Assembly: GCA_002699445.1 (NCBI GenBank)
Contig: PAAU01000084.1
Coordinates: 5,324-69,323 of the forward strand
DNA from: Micrococcales bacterium
GTDB taxonomy: Bacteria > Actinomycetota > Actinomycetes > S36-B12 > GCA-2699445
Direction of reading: 5' to 3'
DNA length: 64,000 bases
In this document: positions 39,019 through 49,379 of the stretch, piece after piece
Numbering within the stretch: position 1 is the first letter of the stretch
Layout of the letters: every line of letters starts with the position of its first letter
Translations under genes and position numbers: made by a program
The notes under the pieces: model-generated
Databases searched by the model: none
Told to the model about the DNA's origin: nothing
What the model saw: the letters and a program-made list of their open reading frames with translations, nothing else

Positions 39019-40215
39019 TCAGTCTATGGCTGCTGATTTTCCAGTCGACAAGGTGTGTAGCCAGTTACGGACGGTCTCGAATCGATTCCGATCGCCCGGC
39101 AAGAGATAAGCGTGGAGGCCTAGCCACATGGTGAAAGCAGCCATCCCGGTCACAACGTGATGGTTCCGGCCTATCTCCACTACAGCAGCCCGACAGCGGA
39201 CCATGGCCATATCCCCCATATCGCGGTAACTGAAATCCGTCGATTCCTTACCGTCTCGCTGCTGCTTAATCGATTTGCCGACGAACAAGCCTTGCTGCTT
39301 CGCCACAGACCCAAGCTGAGGGAGCACATCGTCGGGGACGATAGCCATATCGCCAACGCAATAGATATTTTCGTAATCCGGCAGCGTCATATTGGGCTGG
39401 ACAACAAATCTGCCCCCATGACCTTGCTCAGGCGCAGGCTGGAGTTCTGGTGCGTTGGGCGTGAGGCCGCCGGCCCAGATAGTGATGTGAGATGGCAACG
39501 AAGTGCCGTCTTCGAGATTTACTCCATCCTCAGTGACTTCGACGACCCGCTTTCCCAAGTGCAGGGTTACACCAGCCTTGGTCAAGGTCTCCGCAGCAAA
39601 CTCTTGCCCCTCTTCAGACATACTCGCTAAAAGGGCATCCCCCAAGTCAACAATGTGTAGATCCACCGTCCACTCTCCCGAGTCCGGAAAGGTTCTCGGA
39701 AGCACTCGAGTGAAGACATCGAGGATGGCGCCCGTGATCTCCACTCCGGTGGCGCCCCCACCAACCACAACCACCTTGATGTCGTCGCTCCGGTTCATCC
39801 CAATCTCGCGTAGTTTTGCTTTGATAGCCTTCGCGTCTGCCCCGGTGTAGAGCGGGAATGAATGATCCGCAGCACCGGGAATACCAAAAAAGTTGACGGC
39901 GGCCCCAGTTGCTAAGACTAAATAGTCAGACACCACTTGCTGCCCATCAGCCAGCGTGACTACCTGATTCTCCAGATCTATCGAAGTCACCGTTTGCGGT
40001 ATCGACGAGACCAGTTCAATATCGGCTAAATCGAAATCAAGGTTGTCTGGGTCGATGAGCCCAGTAGCCGCCTGGTAAAGCAACGGTTGGAAGGTTTGAT
40101 AGCCGCTCGAATCGATCAAAGTCACTGGAATTTTTCGACGAGTGAGCTCGCGTGCCGCGTAGTAGCCGCCAAAGCCACCCCCGACGATGACTATTTCTCG
40201 ATGGATCTGCGCCAC
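39019..40215 (-). CDS. ndh: type II NADH dehydrogenase / FAD-dependent pyridine nucleotide-disulfide oxidoreductase
   Basis: Two Rossmann motifs, 'IVIVGGGFGGYYAA' and 'VVVVGGGATGVE'. GTG start preceded by AGGAGG. Confidence 0.85.
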   Translation of the reverse strand: MAQIHREIVIVGGGFGGYYAARELTRRKIPVTLIDSSGYQTFQPLLYQAATGLIDPDNLDFDLADIELVSSIPQTVTSIDLENQVVTLADGQQVVSDYLVLATGAAVNFFGIPGAADHSFPLYTGADAKAIKAKLREIGMNRSDDIKVVVVGGGATGVEITGAILDVFTRVLPRTFPDSGEWTVDLHIVDLGDALLASMSEEGQEFAAETLTKAGVTLHLGKRVVEVTEDGVNLEDGTSLPSHITIWAGGLTPNAPELQPAPEQGHGGRFVVQPNMTLPDYENIYCVGDMAIVPDDVLPQLGSVAKQQGLFVGKSIKQQRDGKESTDFSYRDMGDMAMVRCRAAVVEIGRNHHVVTGMAAFTMWLGLHAYLLPGDRNRFETVRNWLHTLSTGKSAAID

Positions 40216-40298
40216 CAGCGCCTCCTACTCGTATCGTGGGGCCTTGAGTCTAGGTGCGGACCGGCCACGTCGCCAGCGCGTCTCCCGAAGCGGAGACA

Positions 40299-41570
40299 CT
40301 ATTTAGCAGAGTCAGACGCCTCTGCTGCCGCCCGCAACGACTTTCGCAAGAGCGCTGGAACCAGAACAGCGGCTACGACGCTTACCGCGAGGAAGAAGAT
40401 TTCCAACGGGACCGATCCAAGAGCATGACCCCAAATCAAGGTCCCGATTGGAGCCCCTAGGCCAGTTACTAACATGTAGGCCGCCAGAAACTCGCTCTCT
40501 TGCTCTTCTGTCGCGTCGGCTGTGGCACTTTCATAGAGAAAGGAGGACACGCTAAAGAAGACAGCACCAAAAACGAATACGCACAAAATCAGGAGGAGTA
40601 GATCGGGGCCGTCGGGCAATAGCACCAAAGTGCTCAGTGCCAAGACCGCGATCGCCGTTATCTGAACCCCACGGGTAGCAGCGACTAACGGGACCCGCCG
40701 AAGTTCTAATCGACGCACAACAATCGGAGTCAGCACTTGTCCCAGCGCCAGCAGTGTGAAGACTAAGCCCGCTTTTGCGGACTCACCATGACCCAAGTGA
40801 TTCAAAATGGGGACCACCATGGTGACCAAAGGTCCCAAGAGGATCGCGGAGGCAACTCCCAACCAGGCGGCAGAACGCAGTATCGATGAACTCCTCATGC
40901 ATGTAAATAGGTTTCGCCATGGCTTCTGCACCGCCCGGGGTTTTTGGAGTGGCTTCTCAGGAGGGCGGAAAAAGAGATACAAAATAACTGGCACTCCTAA
41001 TATTGCCCCAAAGAAAAATAGGGGTTCCGCGCCGATGCGGCTGGTAGCGAAGCCGGCTACTAAAGCGCCGATGGCGGCAGCGGCACCGCGATATCTGCGA
41101 CTCGTCGCGGTGGCGTCATCGAGAGACCAACCCGAGTAGTGCACGAGAAGTGTGGGAGTTAGTGGCTTCAGCAGTCCGCGGAAGCAGCCGATCATCACAG
41201 CGTAGACAAAGAATACGGCCAGTTCCGGGCCTATTATTATCAACGCTACGCCTGTGAAAGCCTTGGTCACAACAAGCGCAGTTCGAGCCCCGTAGAGCGT
41301 CGGTATCGATCCAAATCGTCGGGCAATCGCAGTCGCGTACGGGAGGATCAAGGAAGTCGCTACCAAATTCAGGGCAAAGACCAGCGCCGTGTTACGCGCG
41401 TTCTCTTGGAGCGAGTTTCCCACACTGGCTACAAGAATCGCCGTCGCTAGATAGGTCGCGGTGCCACCCAACGAAGCAGATGACGCTGCAAATAGATATC
41501 CGAGGAATCGAGGGTTAGGCCGCTTCTTTTCCGCTTTTTCACCGCTCGACGTGCTCTGTGCCACTTTCAC
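40299..41570 (-). CDS. MFS transporter
   Basis: 423 aa with about 12 hydrophobic segments and basic inter-helix loops. Substrate cannot be inferred. Confidence 0.75.
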   Translation of the reverse strand: MKVAQSTSSGEKAEKKRPNPRFLGYLFAASSASLGGTATYLATAILVASVGNSLQENARNTALVFALNLVATSLILPYATAIARRFGSIPTLYGARTALVVTKAFTGVALIIIGPELAVFFVYAVMIGCFRGLLKPLTPTLLVHYSGWSLDDATATSRRYRGAAAAIGALVAGFATSRIGAEPLFFFGAILGVPVILYLFFRPPEKPLQKPRAVQKPWRNLFTCMRSSSILRSAAWLGVASAILLGPLVTMVVPILNHLGHGESAKAGLVFTLLALGQVLTPIVVRRLELRRVPLVAATRGVQITAIAVLALSTLVLLPDGPDLLLLILCVFVFGAVFFSVSSFLYESATADATEEQESEFLAAYMLVTGLGAPIGTLIWGHALGSVPLEIFFLAVSVVAAVLVPALLRKSLRAAAEASDSAK

Positions 41571-41672
41571 CTACCTACGCGTTCATGTCTGAGATATCGC
41601 CGATTGCGGCGCTGATCCCGCTCTATCGAGAAGGATGTGGTACCTCATCTGCTCCCGACAACGATATTGCCA

Positions 41673-42623
41673 TTAGCCGACAAAGGGGTCCAACCCAACA
41701 GCCAAGAAAAGGAGCGATAGGTAGGTAATGGAGCCGTGGAATAGTCTCATGGGCTGCGGTTGATCAAGCTTCACCTGACTTCGCAGTACGTACACTTGCC
41801 AAAGAAATCCAATACCCAAAAGCACCGCTGCTACAGAATAGAACCAGCTCATGCCAGCCACTGGGATAAGTAGGAGCGACGCGGCAATCATGGCCCACGA
41901 GTAACGCATGATTCGGACGACAACCCGTGAATCTTGCTGTACCACTGGCAACATCGGAACCGACGCCGCGGCATAATCGTCGCGGTACCGCATCGACAAC
42001 GGCCAATAATGTGGTGGCGTCCAGAAGAACACAATCAGGAAGAGAACCAATGGTGCCCAGTCCAAGCCACCGGTGACCGCCGCCCACCCGATCAGCACCG
42101 GCATGCAGCCGGCAGCGCCACCCCAGACGATATTTTGTGGTGTTCGGCGCTTTAGCAGCAGCGTATAGCCGAAGACGTACATAGCAATCGCTGCGATTCC
42201 GAGAATAGCCGCTAACCAGTTGCTCGTCAGCCACAGCACTACCACCGCTAGAACAGACAGAACCCAGGCCAAAACCAAAGCGTTGCGTGGGGAAACCGTT
42301 CCAGCCACCAACGGGCGCTTACCGGTGCGATGCATGAGGGCATCAATATCTCGATCGAGAAAAGAGTTAAAAGTATTGGCTCCAGCCGCAGCCAACCCTC
42401 CGCCGAGCAAAGTACCCAGCGCTACGCCCAACGGCGGCCATCCATCAGCAGCCAGCAACATTGCGGGTACCGTGGTGACCAACAACAACTCGATAATCCG
42501 AGGCTTTGTCAGGGCCACGTAGTTCTTCAGCGTGCCCAACCGAGAGGTCGGAGCGGGAGCGGGTGTTTCGGCATCCGCATCGGGTCGCGGACGAACGGAC
42601 TCGTCCGGGTCGATAGCTGACAC
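41673..42623 (-). CDS. ctaB: protoheme IX farnesyltransferase (heme O synthase)
   Basis: UbiA-family motif 'NSFLDRDIDALMHRTGKRP'. Polytopic. GTG start preceded by GGAG. Confidence 0.92.
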   Translation of the reverse strand: MSAIDPDESVRPRPDADAETPAPAPTSRLGTLKNYVALTKPRIIELLLVTTVPAMLLAADGWPPLGVALGTLLGGGLAAAGANTFNSFLDRDIDALMHRTGKRPLVAGTVSPRNALVLAWVLSVLAVVVLWLTSNWLAAILGIAAIAMYVFGYTLLLKRRTPQNIVWGGAAGCMPVLIGWAAVTGGLDWAPLVLFLIVFFWTPPHYWPLSMRYRDDYAAASVPMLPVVQQDSRVVVRIMRYSWAMIAASLLLIPVAGMSWFYSVAAVLLGIGFLWQVYVLRSQVKLDQPQPMRLFHGSITYLSLLFLAVGLDPFVG

Positions 42624-42819
42624 CCGTTACTCCATTCACTAGACCGAAGATCCCGCAGCGGGACTTTCCCAGTCTATCTGCAAGGCCAGACGATCACCGA
42701 ACGTCGTCGCCTGGAAAGCGACCAACACCAGGTTATCCAGGAAGCGGGCCATCTCAGCACGTGAACGATAGGCTTCCGGAGAATGTCCGGGCATCACCCG
42801 GCACGGGAAGGGAAGCAGC

Positions 42820-44898
42820 GTGAACCACAATCTGGAATGGTCCGAACTAGACGACAGGGCAGTCGCCACTGCCCGACTGCTCGCGGCAGATGCGGTACAA
42901 AAGACTGGCAACGGACACCCTGGAACCGCGATGAGCTTGGCTCCGGCTGCCTACTTGTTGTTTCAGAAGTATCTTCGTCACGATCCGTCAGACGCTAAGT
43001 GGTTGGGTCGGGATCGCTTTGTCTTGTCCGCCGGCCATTCCAGCCTGACTCTGTATATCCAACTCTTCCTTTCCGGATATGGCTTGGAGTTATCGGACCT
43101 GGAGGCCTTTCGCACCTGGGGAAGCCTGACTCCCGGGCACCCGGAATACGGCCATACTGTTGGAGTCGAGACTACGACCGGGCCGCTGGGACAGGGCCTA
43201 GCAACCGCGGTGGGTATGTCAATGGCCCAGCGCTACGAGCGGGGACTATTTGACCCGGACGCAGCCGAAGGAACCAGCCCATTCGACTACAACATTTGGG
43301 TCATCGCCGGGGACGGCTGCCTGGAGGAGGGCATTACGTCCGAGGCCTCCTCACTGGCCGGCACCCAGCAACTAGGCAATCTCACAGTGATTTGGGATGA
43401 CAATCACATCTCCATCGAAGATGACACAGCCATCGCATTCAGCGAAAATCCCGTCGAACGCTATCGAGCCTACGGCTGGCACATTGAGGAAGTATCGCTC
43501 GGCGCTGATGGATCAGTAAACGTTGACGAACTGGCGGGCGCGCTCGCGGCCTGTCGGGCAGAAACCTCCCGACCCAGCTTTATTCGCTTGCGCACTGTCA
43601 TTGGCTGGCCAGCCCCGACCAAGCAAAATACCTACAAAGCCCATGGCGCTGCGCTGGGAGCAGATGAAGTAGCCGCAACGAAGGAGATTCTCGGATTCGA
43701 TCCCGACAAGTCTTTCCAGGTAGCGGATGAGGTTCTCGCTCACGCTCGAGAGGTAAAAACTCGCGGAGCCGCACTACATGCGGAATGGCAAAAAGGATTC
43801 GACGCCTGGCGTTCCGTAAATCCGGATCGTGCCGCACTACTCGATCGGATTCAATCCGGTGAACTACCCAAGATCGATCTTCCCGATTTCGAGGCAGGAA
43901 AATCCCTCGCTACCCGCAAAGCTTCCAGTGAAGTTATCCAAGCAATAGCCGCGGCTCTACCCGAATTCGTCGGTGGATCCGCTGATTTGGCAGAGAGCAA
44001 CCTCACCACTATCGAAGGCGGCGGCTCCTTCCTACCCGACGATGTCGAGGTCAAGCCAGATTCACCATTCGCTGGACCCCACTCCCCCTACGGTCGGATT
44101 CTGCATTTCGGTGTCCGGGAACATGCGATGGGAGCTGCTGTTAACGGAATGGCCCTATCAGGTCTGTGTAAACCGTTCGGTGGGACCTTTTTGGTCTTTA
44201 GCGACTACATGCGCGGTGCCGTACGAGTCTCCGCGGTCATGAATATTCCGGCGACCTTTGTCTGGACGCACGACAGTGTCGGACTAGGTGAAGACGGTCC
44301 CACTCATCAGCCCATCGAGCATTTGTGGTCTTTGCGGCTGATCCCCAATCTCAATATCGTGCGACCGGCCGATGCCACCGAGACCGCAGCTGCTTGGCAA
44401 ACCGTGATTGAGCGTGGCGAACCAGCTGGCATTGTGCTCACTCGACAGGGAGTACCGACTATCGACCGAAGTACCCACCCCGCAGCCGACAACGTGGCAA
44501 AAGGTGGCTACATCCTGGCCGACACCGATGGAACACCCGATGTTCTGCTCATTGCCACCGGGTCCGAGGTGAGCGTGGCAATGGAGGCGGCAACGGCTCT
44601 CGCCAACGAGGGCACCAAGGCACGAGTGATCTCGATGCCCTGTGTTGAGTGGTTCGAGGAGCAGGACGCCTCTTATCAAGAGACGGTGCTCCCCGCCAAG
44701 GTCACTGCTCGCGTTTCCGTTGAAGCTGGCACTACTGCCGGTTGGTGGAAGTTTGTTGGCACAAACGGACGCACAGTGGGGATTGATCATTTCGGAGCAT
44801 CGGCGGATGGCGCACTGCTTATGAAGAAGTTTGGGATCACCGCTGAGGCTGTCGCGACGGCCGCTAAGGAATCGATCGCCAGCGCAAACGCCTCTTAG
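42820..44898 (+). CDS. tkt: transketolase
   Basis: 'GNGHPGTAMS', TPP motif 'GDGCLEEGI' and 'HDSVGLGEDGPTHQP'. Confidence 0.95.
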   Translation: MNHNLEWSELDDRAVATARLLAADAVQKTGNGHPGTAMSLAPAAYLLFQKYLRHDPSDAKWLGRDRFVLSAGHSSLTLYIQLFLSGYGLELSDLEAFRTWGSLTPGHPEYGHTVGVETTTGPLGQGLATAVGMSMAQRYERGLFDPDAAEGTSPFDYNIWVIAGDGCLEEGITSEASSLAGTQQLGNLTVIWDDNHISIEDDTAIAFSENPVERYRAYGWHIEEVSLGADGSVNVDELAGALAACRAETSRPSFIRLRTVIGWPAPTKQNTYKAHGAALGADEVAATKEILGFDPDKSFQVADEVLAHAREVKTRGAALHAEWQKGFDAWRSVNPDRAALLDRIQSGELPKIDLPDFEAGKSLATRKASSEVIQAIAAALPEFVGGSADLAESNLTTIEGGGSFLPDDVEVKPDSPFAGPHSPYGRILHFGVREHAMGAAVNGMALSGLCKPFGGTFLVFSDYMRGAVRVSAVMNIPATFVWTHDSVGLGEDGPTHQPIEHLWSLRLIPNLNIVRPADATETAAAWQTVIERGEPAGIVLTRQGVPTIDRSTHPAADNVAKGGYILADTDGTPDVLLIATGSEVSVAMEAATALANEGTKARVISMPCVEWFEEQDASYQETVLPAKVTARVSVEAGTTAGWWKFVGTNGRTVGIDHFGASADGALLMKKFGITAEAVATAAKESIASANAS

Positions 44899-45001
44899 CT
44901 GCGGGAAACATCTGGATTCGGTGGGCAAACAGCCAGGTGGGTCGATAGCCTCACCGCAAAGGTTACGGTCCGAGCGGTCCGTCTTGCCCGGAGGAGGCTA
45001 A

Positions 45002-46123
45002 ATGTCCGAGAGGTTGAAGGCTCTAGCGGATGCGGGGGTATCCATTTGGCTTGATGATTTGGACCGGCAGCGGATTAAGTCCGGTGAACTGCGACAAATC
45101 ATTGAGCGCGACAGCGTTACAGGGGTAACCACCAACCCTGCAATTTTTAATAATGCGATCACCAGCGGCGCAGCGGCCTACGAGAGTCAACTTAGTGATC
45201 TCGCTGTGCGCGGGGTGGACCGGGATGAGGCAGTTCGTTCGATCACGACTCGTGACGTGCGCGATGCCTGCGACGTGATGCACGACGTCTATGAGCGCAC
45301 AAACGGCATCGACGGTCGCGTCTCTATTGAAGTTGACCCCCGATATGCGCGTAAAACACCGCAGACCATCGCAGCAGCCCGAGCTCTGCATTGGATGGTC
45401 GATCGACCCAACGTACTGATTAAGATTCCCGGCACCGTAGAAGGCTTGCCCGCTATCGCCCAGGCACTTGGCGAAGGTATCTCAGTCAATGTCACCCTGA
45501 TATTCAGCCCTAAGGCCTACATCGGCGTGATGGATGCCTGGCTGGAAGGCTTGGAGCGAGCTGACGCCGCCGGAATCGACCTAGGATCCATTCACTCAGT
45601 CGCATCGTTCTTCGTGAGCCGGGTCGATACCGAAGTCGACAAGCGCATTGATTCGATTGGTACGGCAGAGGCTGAAGCGATGCGCGGCAAAGCTGGAATC
45701 GCCAATGCGCGACTCGCCTACGGTGAGTTTGAGGAAGTCATGAAGTCGGACCGGTGGAAGGCACTCGCGGCAAAGGGCGCCCTACCGCAGCGACCGCTTT
45801 GGGCATCAACGGGTGTCAAGGACCCGAAATATGACGACACTCGCTACGTGATGGATCTGGTCACCGAAAACATAGTTAACACCATGCCGGAGAAGACAAT
45901 GCAGGCCGTTGCAGATCACGGTGAACTAAAAGGCGACACTATCCGACCCAATATTGACGATGCCCGACAGGTTTTCACCGATATTGCTGCCGTGGGAATC
46001 GATATGGACGATGTGTTCCGAGTCTTAGAAGACGAAGGAGTTGAGAAGTTTGTCGTAGCTTGGGTGGATTTGTTGGACAACCTGCAAAAGGCACTGGAGC
46101 AGCGCGGCGACACGGAGGCCTGA
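45002..46123 (+). CDS. tal: transaldolase (long actinobacterial type)
   Basis: 'SIWLDDLDR', 'GVTTNP' and Schiff-base lysine region 'VLIKIPGT'. GGAGGAGG RBS. Confidence 0.93.
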   Translation: MSERLKALADAGVSIWLDDLDRQRIKSGELRQIIERDSVTGVTTNPAIFNNAITSGAAAYESQLSDLAVRGVDRDEAVRSITTRDVRDACDVMHDVYERTNGIDGRVSIEVDPRYARKTPQTIAAARALHWMVDRPNVLIKIPGTVEGLPAIAQALGEGISVNVTLIFSPKAYIGVMDAWLEGLERADAAGIDLGSIHSVASFFVSRVDTEVDKRIDSIGTAEAEAMRGKAGIANARLAYGEFEEVMKSDRWKALAAKGALPQRPLWASTGVKDPKYDDTRYVMDLVTENIVNTMPEKTMQAVADHGELKGDTIRPNIDDARQVFTDIAAVGIDMDDVFRVLEDEGVEKFVVAWVDLLDNLQKALEQRGDTEA

Positions 46124-46128
46124 TCAGA

Positions 46129-47658
46129 ATGACCGAACGCAATCCGCTGCGCGATCGGCGTGACCTGCGGCTCCCCCGAGTAGCTGGTCCATCAGCGATG
46201 GTGATCTTCGGAGTTACCGGGGATTTGGCACGAAAAAAAGTCATGCCAGCCATTTACGATCTGGCTAATCGTGGCTTGCTTCCACCGAACTTTGCCTTGG
46301 TGGGATTCGCTCGGCAAGACTACGAAGATCAGGACTTTGCCAAAACTGTTCATGACGCGGTCAGCGAGCATTGCCGAACGGAATTTCACGAAGACGTCTG
46401 GGATCAGTTATCCGAGGGCATCAGATATGTGCGTGGGGATCTCAATGACCCTGAGGCTTTCCAGGAGTTGCACCGCGTTCTCAATGAACTCGACCAGGAC
46501 CGAGGAACAGGCGGTAACCACGCCTACTACTTCTCCATTCCCCCTCGGTTCTTTTCGGTTGTCACGCAGCAACTCCAGAAGGCTGGCCTCGCCGCTTCCG
46601 ACTCCGGAGGGTGGAATCGGGTCATCATCGAGAAGCCCTTCGGGCACGACCTGAAATCTGCCCAAGAACTCAACCGCGTTGTGGATTCGGTGTTCCCACC
46701 CGATTCGGTGTTCCGGATTGATCACTATCTGGGCAAAGAGACAGTCCAAAACCTGTTGGCTATCAGATTTGCTAACAACCTCTACGAGCCCATCTGGAAT
46801 AACAACTTCGTTGACAGCGTACAAATCACTATGGCCGAGGACATCGGTATTGGGAGCAGGGCTGGATATTACGACGGAATCGGGGCAGCACGAGACGTCA
46901 TCCAAAATCACTTGATTCAGTTGCTTGCCCTGGTGGCGATGGAAGAGCCCTCGGGATTTGGTGCCGAGTCCGTGCGTATGGAGAAGGAAAAAGTCCTACG
47001 GTCCATGATCCTGCCCGATGATCTGGACAGACATACTGCTCGTGGGCAGTATGCCGCAGGTTGGCAAGCTGGTGTTGAGGTGAAGGGCTATCTACAAGAG
47101 GACGGTATCCCCCCGGACTCCACTACCGAGACTTTCGCAGCCATCCGAATCGATATCGAAAATAGGCGCTGGGCTGGTGTTCCGTTCTACCTCCGTACCG
47201 GTAAACGCCTGGGGCGCCGGGTGACAGAGGTAGCAGTAATCCTGAAGCGTGCACCGCACTTGCCCTATAGCGACTCGAACAGTGAGGCTAAAGACCTCGG
47301 ATCCAACGCGATTGTGTTCCGTATTCAGCCTGATGAAGGTATGACAGTTCGCTTTGCATCTAAAGTTCCCGGAACGGTGCGGGAACTCCGGAACGTGACA
47401 ATGGATTTCCAGTACGGAGAATCGTTCACTCAGTCTTCACCGGAGGCCTACGAACGGCTCATCCTGGACGTACTACTCGGTGAGCCACCGCTCTTTCCCC
47501 GACATGAGGAAGTCGAGCTCTCGTGGCGCATCTTGGACCCAGTACTCGCACATTGGGCTAAACAAGGACAACCGGAGCAGTACAGTTCAGGCGGTTGGGG
47601 TCCGCCCAGCGCCTACCGGATGATGTCCAACGACGGACGTAGCTGGAGGCGACCATGA
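46129..47658 (+). CDS. zwf: glucose-6-phosphate dehydrogenase
   Basis: 'FGVTGDLARKK' and 'RIDHYLGKE'. ATG at 46129 follows the tal stop. The ORF-track start at 46060 lies inside tal. Confidence 0.95.
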   Translation: MTERNPLRDRRDLRLPRVAGPSAMVIFGVTGDLARKKVMPAIYDLANRGLLPPNFALVGFARQDYEDQDFAKTVHDAVSEHCRTEFHEDVWDQLSEGIRYVRGDLNDPEAFQELHRVLNELDQDRGTGGNHAYYFSIPPRFFSVVTQQLQKAGLAASDSGGWNRVIIEKPFGHDLKSAQELNRVVDSVFPPDSVFRIDHYLGKETVQNLLAIRFANNLYEPIWNNNFVDSVQITMAEDIGIGSRAGYYDGIGAARDVIQNHLIQLLALVAMEEPSGFGAESVRMEKEKVLRSMILPDDLDRHTARGQYAAGWQAGVEVKGYLQEDGIPPDSTTETFAAIRIDIENRRWAGVPFYLRTGKRLGRRVTEVAVILKRAPHLPYSDSNSEAKDLGSNAIVFRIQPDEGMTVRFASKVPGTVRELRNVTMDFQYGESFTQSSPEAYERLILDVLLGEPPLFPRHEEVELSWRILDPVLAHWAKQGQPEQYSSGGWGPPSAYRMMSNDGRSWRRP

Positions 47659-48605
47659 TCAGACTCGAGAACACCACCGGCAACGACATCGCCTCGGAAA
47701 TTAGCGTGTTGCGTCGCCGAATGGGAGCACCCGCTACCGGAATGGTGATGACACTTCTGGTGCTCGCGGATGAAACCAGTCAAGCCGACGCTACCCTCGC
47801 CGCCACTCAAGCTGCCCATGAGCATCCCATGAGAATTTTGGTTCTCATCCCCCGACCAGACAGCCAGTTCGATCGGCTAGATGCCGAAATCTCAGTTGGT
47901 GGCGAAGATGGTCCCGGTGAGGTCGTCGTCATGCGGCTACGCGGTGCCCTGGCACAGCATGCGGGTTCAGTCGCTATCCCGCTCTTGCTATCCGACACCC
48001 CGATCGTTGCTTGGTGGCCACACGATGCCCCTGGTGTGCCACAAGAGGGGGATATTGGTACTCACTCGGCTCGGCGGATCACAAATGCAATGTCTGAGAG
48101 CGATCAGATCGCGGCCCTGAAAAAGTATGCCGAAGGCTACCGTCCCGGAGATACCGACCTGGCCTGGACCCAGATCACGAGTTGGCGCACATTACTGGCG
48201 TCCACGCTTGATGCGGATCACCACCAGATTATGGGGGCCGAGGTTCATGTCCTTTGGGCCACTGCCGCCGCAAACCTGCTTGCGGCGTGGCTGGGCAGCC
48301 GGCTTAACATACCGGTCAGTGTTGTGGAGAGCGACGGACCGGGCATCACCCAGGTCCGTCTAATTACAACAGATGCGGACATCACAATCGAACGTCCCGA
48401 TGGGAAAGTTGCAACGTTGCGACGCCAAGGAATGCCTCCAGCCACAATTGCTCTTCCCCGTAAGGACTGGGGTGAGTTGATGTCAGAAGAACTCCGCCGA
48501 CTAGACCCCGATGAAATCTACGGTGAGACGCTAAGAGCACTCGACGAAGTGGGCCAAGGTTCTCTTTCACTGGGTGTCGTCATTGAGGAGAACGACAATG
48601 TCTAA
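47655..48605 (+). CDS. opcA: glucose-6-phosphate dehydrogenase assembly protein OpcA
   Basis: 316 aa. ATGA overlap with zwf, and the conserved zwf-opcA-pgl position in actinobacteria. Confidence 0.85.
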   Translation: MIRLENTTGNDIASEISVLRRRMGAPATGMVMTLLVLADETSQADATLAATQAAHEHPMRILVLIPRPDSQFDRLDAEISVGGEDGPGEVVVMRLRGALAQHAGSVAIPLLLSDTPIVAWWPHDAPGVPQEGDIGTHSARRITNAMSESDQIAALKKYAEGYRPGDTDLAWTQITSWRTLLASTLDADHHQIMGAEVHVLWATAAANLLAAWLGSRLNIPVSVVESDGPGITQVRLITTDADITIERPDGKVATLRRQGMPPATIALPRKDWGELMSEELRRLDPDEIYGETLRALDEVGQGSLSLGVVIEENDNV

Positions 48606-49374
48606 GGTCGAAGTGATTGTTCATCCAGACCCCGAGTCGTTAGCCGCATCCGTTGCTGCTCGACTCATCACCGAGATCATTGACGCTCAAGCTGCCCGTG
48701 GTTCAGCCGGAGTGGTACTTACCGGTGGCGGCATGGGCCAACGAAGCCAGGAGGCCGTCGCTTCCAACCCGGCAAGTCGCGCAGTAGATTGGCGCTTGGT
48801 TGACTTCTACTGGGGCGATGAGCGCTTCCTACCTACTGGTGACCCGGATCGAAACGAAACTCAGGCTCAGGCGGCGTTACTAGACCGCGTATCGGTAGAT
48901 CCGGCTCGAGTTCATGCAATGCCCGCCTCTGACGGCGCTTGGGGTAACGACGTGGCTGCAGCGGCTGCTGGCCATGCAGCGGAGCTAGCTGCTGTGGCCG
49001 AGACGCAGGGGCGAAGTACTCCACTGTTCGATGTACTCATGCTCGGCGTTGGACCAGACGCACACGTAGCCTCATTATTTCCGGGGCACGCGGAAACCCG
49101 GATTACCAATGAGTTGGTGGTTCCGGTGCGACAGTCACCGAAACCACCCCCTACGCGTATATCGTTCACGTTTCCGCTGATCTGCTCGTCAACCGAAGTC
49201 TGGCTAGTGGCAGCAGGCGCTGAGAAGGCCGACGCTCTGGCCGAGGCTCTCGCCGAGACCGCGAACCCGACAACTCACCCTGCTTCAGGTGCGGTGGGCG
49301 AAAAGCGAACTTTGGCTCTTGTCGATGCGGCGGCAGCAGCCAAGCTGCCGGCTTCGATGCGGCACGATTCCTAA
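48598..49374 (+). CDS. pgl: 6-phosphogluconolactonase
   Basis: 'VVLTGGG', 'YWGDERF' and 'LGVGPDAHVASLFPG'. ATG at 48598 overlaps the opcA end. Confidence 0.88.
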   Translation: MSKVEVIVHPDPESLAASVAARLITEIIDAQAARGSAGVVLTGGGMGQRSQEAVASNPASRAVDWRLVDFYWGDERFLPTGDPDRNETQAQAALLDRVSVDPARVHAMPASDGAWGNDVAAAAAGHAAELAAVAETQGRSTPLFDVLMLGVGPDAHVASLFPGHAETRITNELVVPVRQSPKPPPTRISFTFPLICSSTEVWLVAAGAEKADALAEALAETANPTTHPASGAVGEKRTLALVDAAAAAKLPASMRHDS

Positions 49375-49379
49375 ACTGA

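Noticed and set aside
42624-42819. The largest intergenic region as a possible structured ncRNA (6S-like or a riboswitch).
   Set aside because: It contains only short (5 bp) overlapping hairpins and nothing resembling a known riboswitch or 6S architecture. It must also hold two divergent promoters. The only specific signal retained is the small-ORF candidate reported separately.
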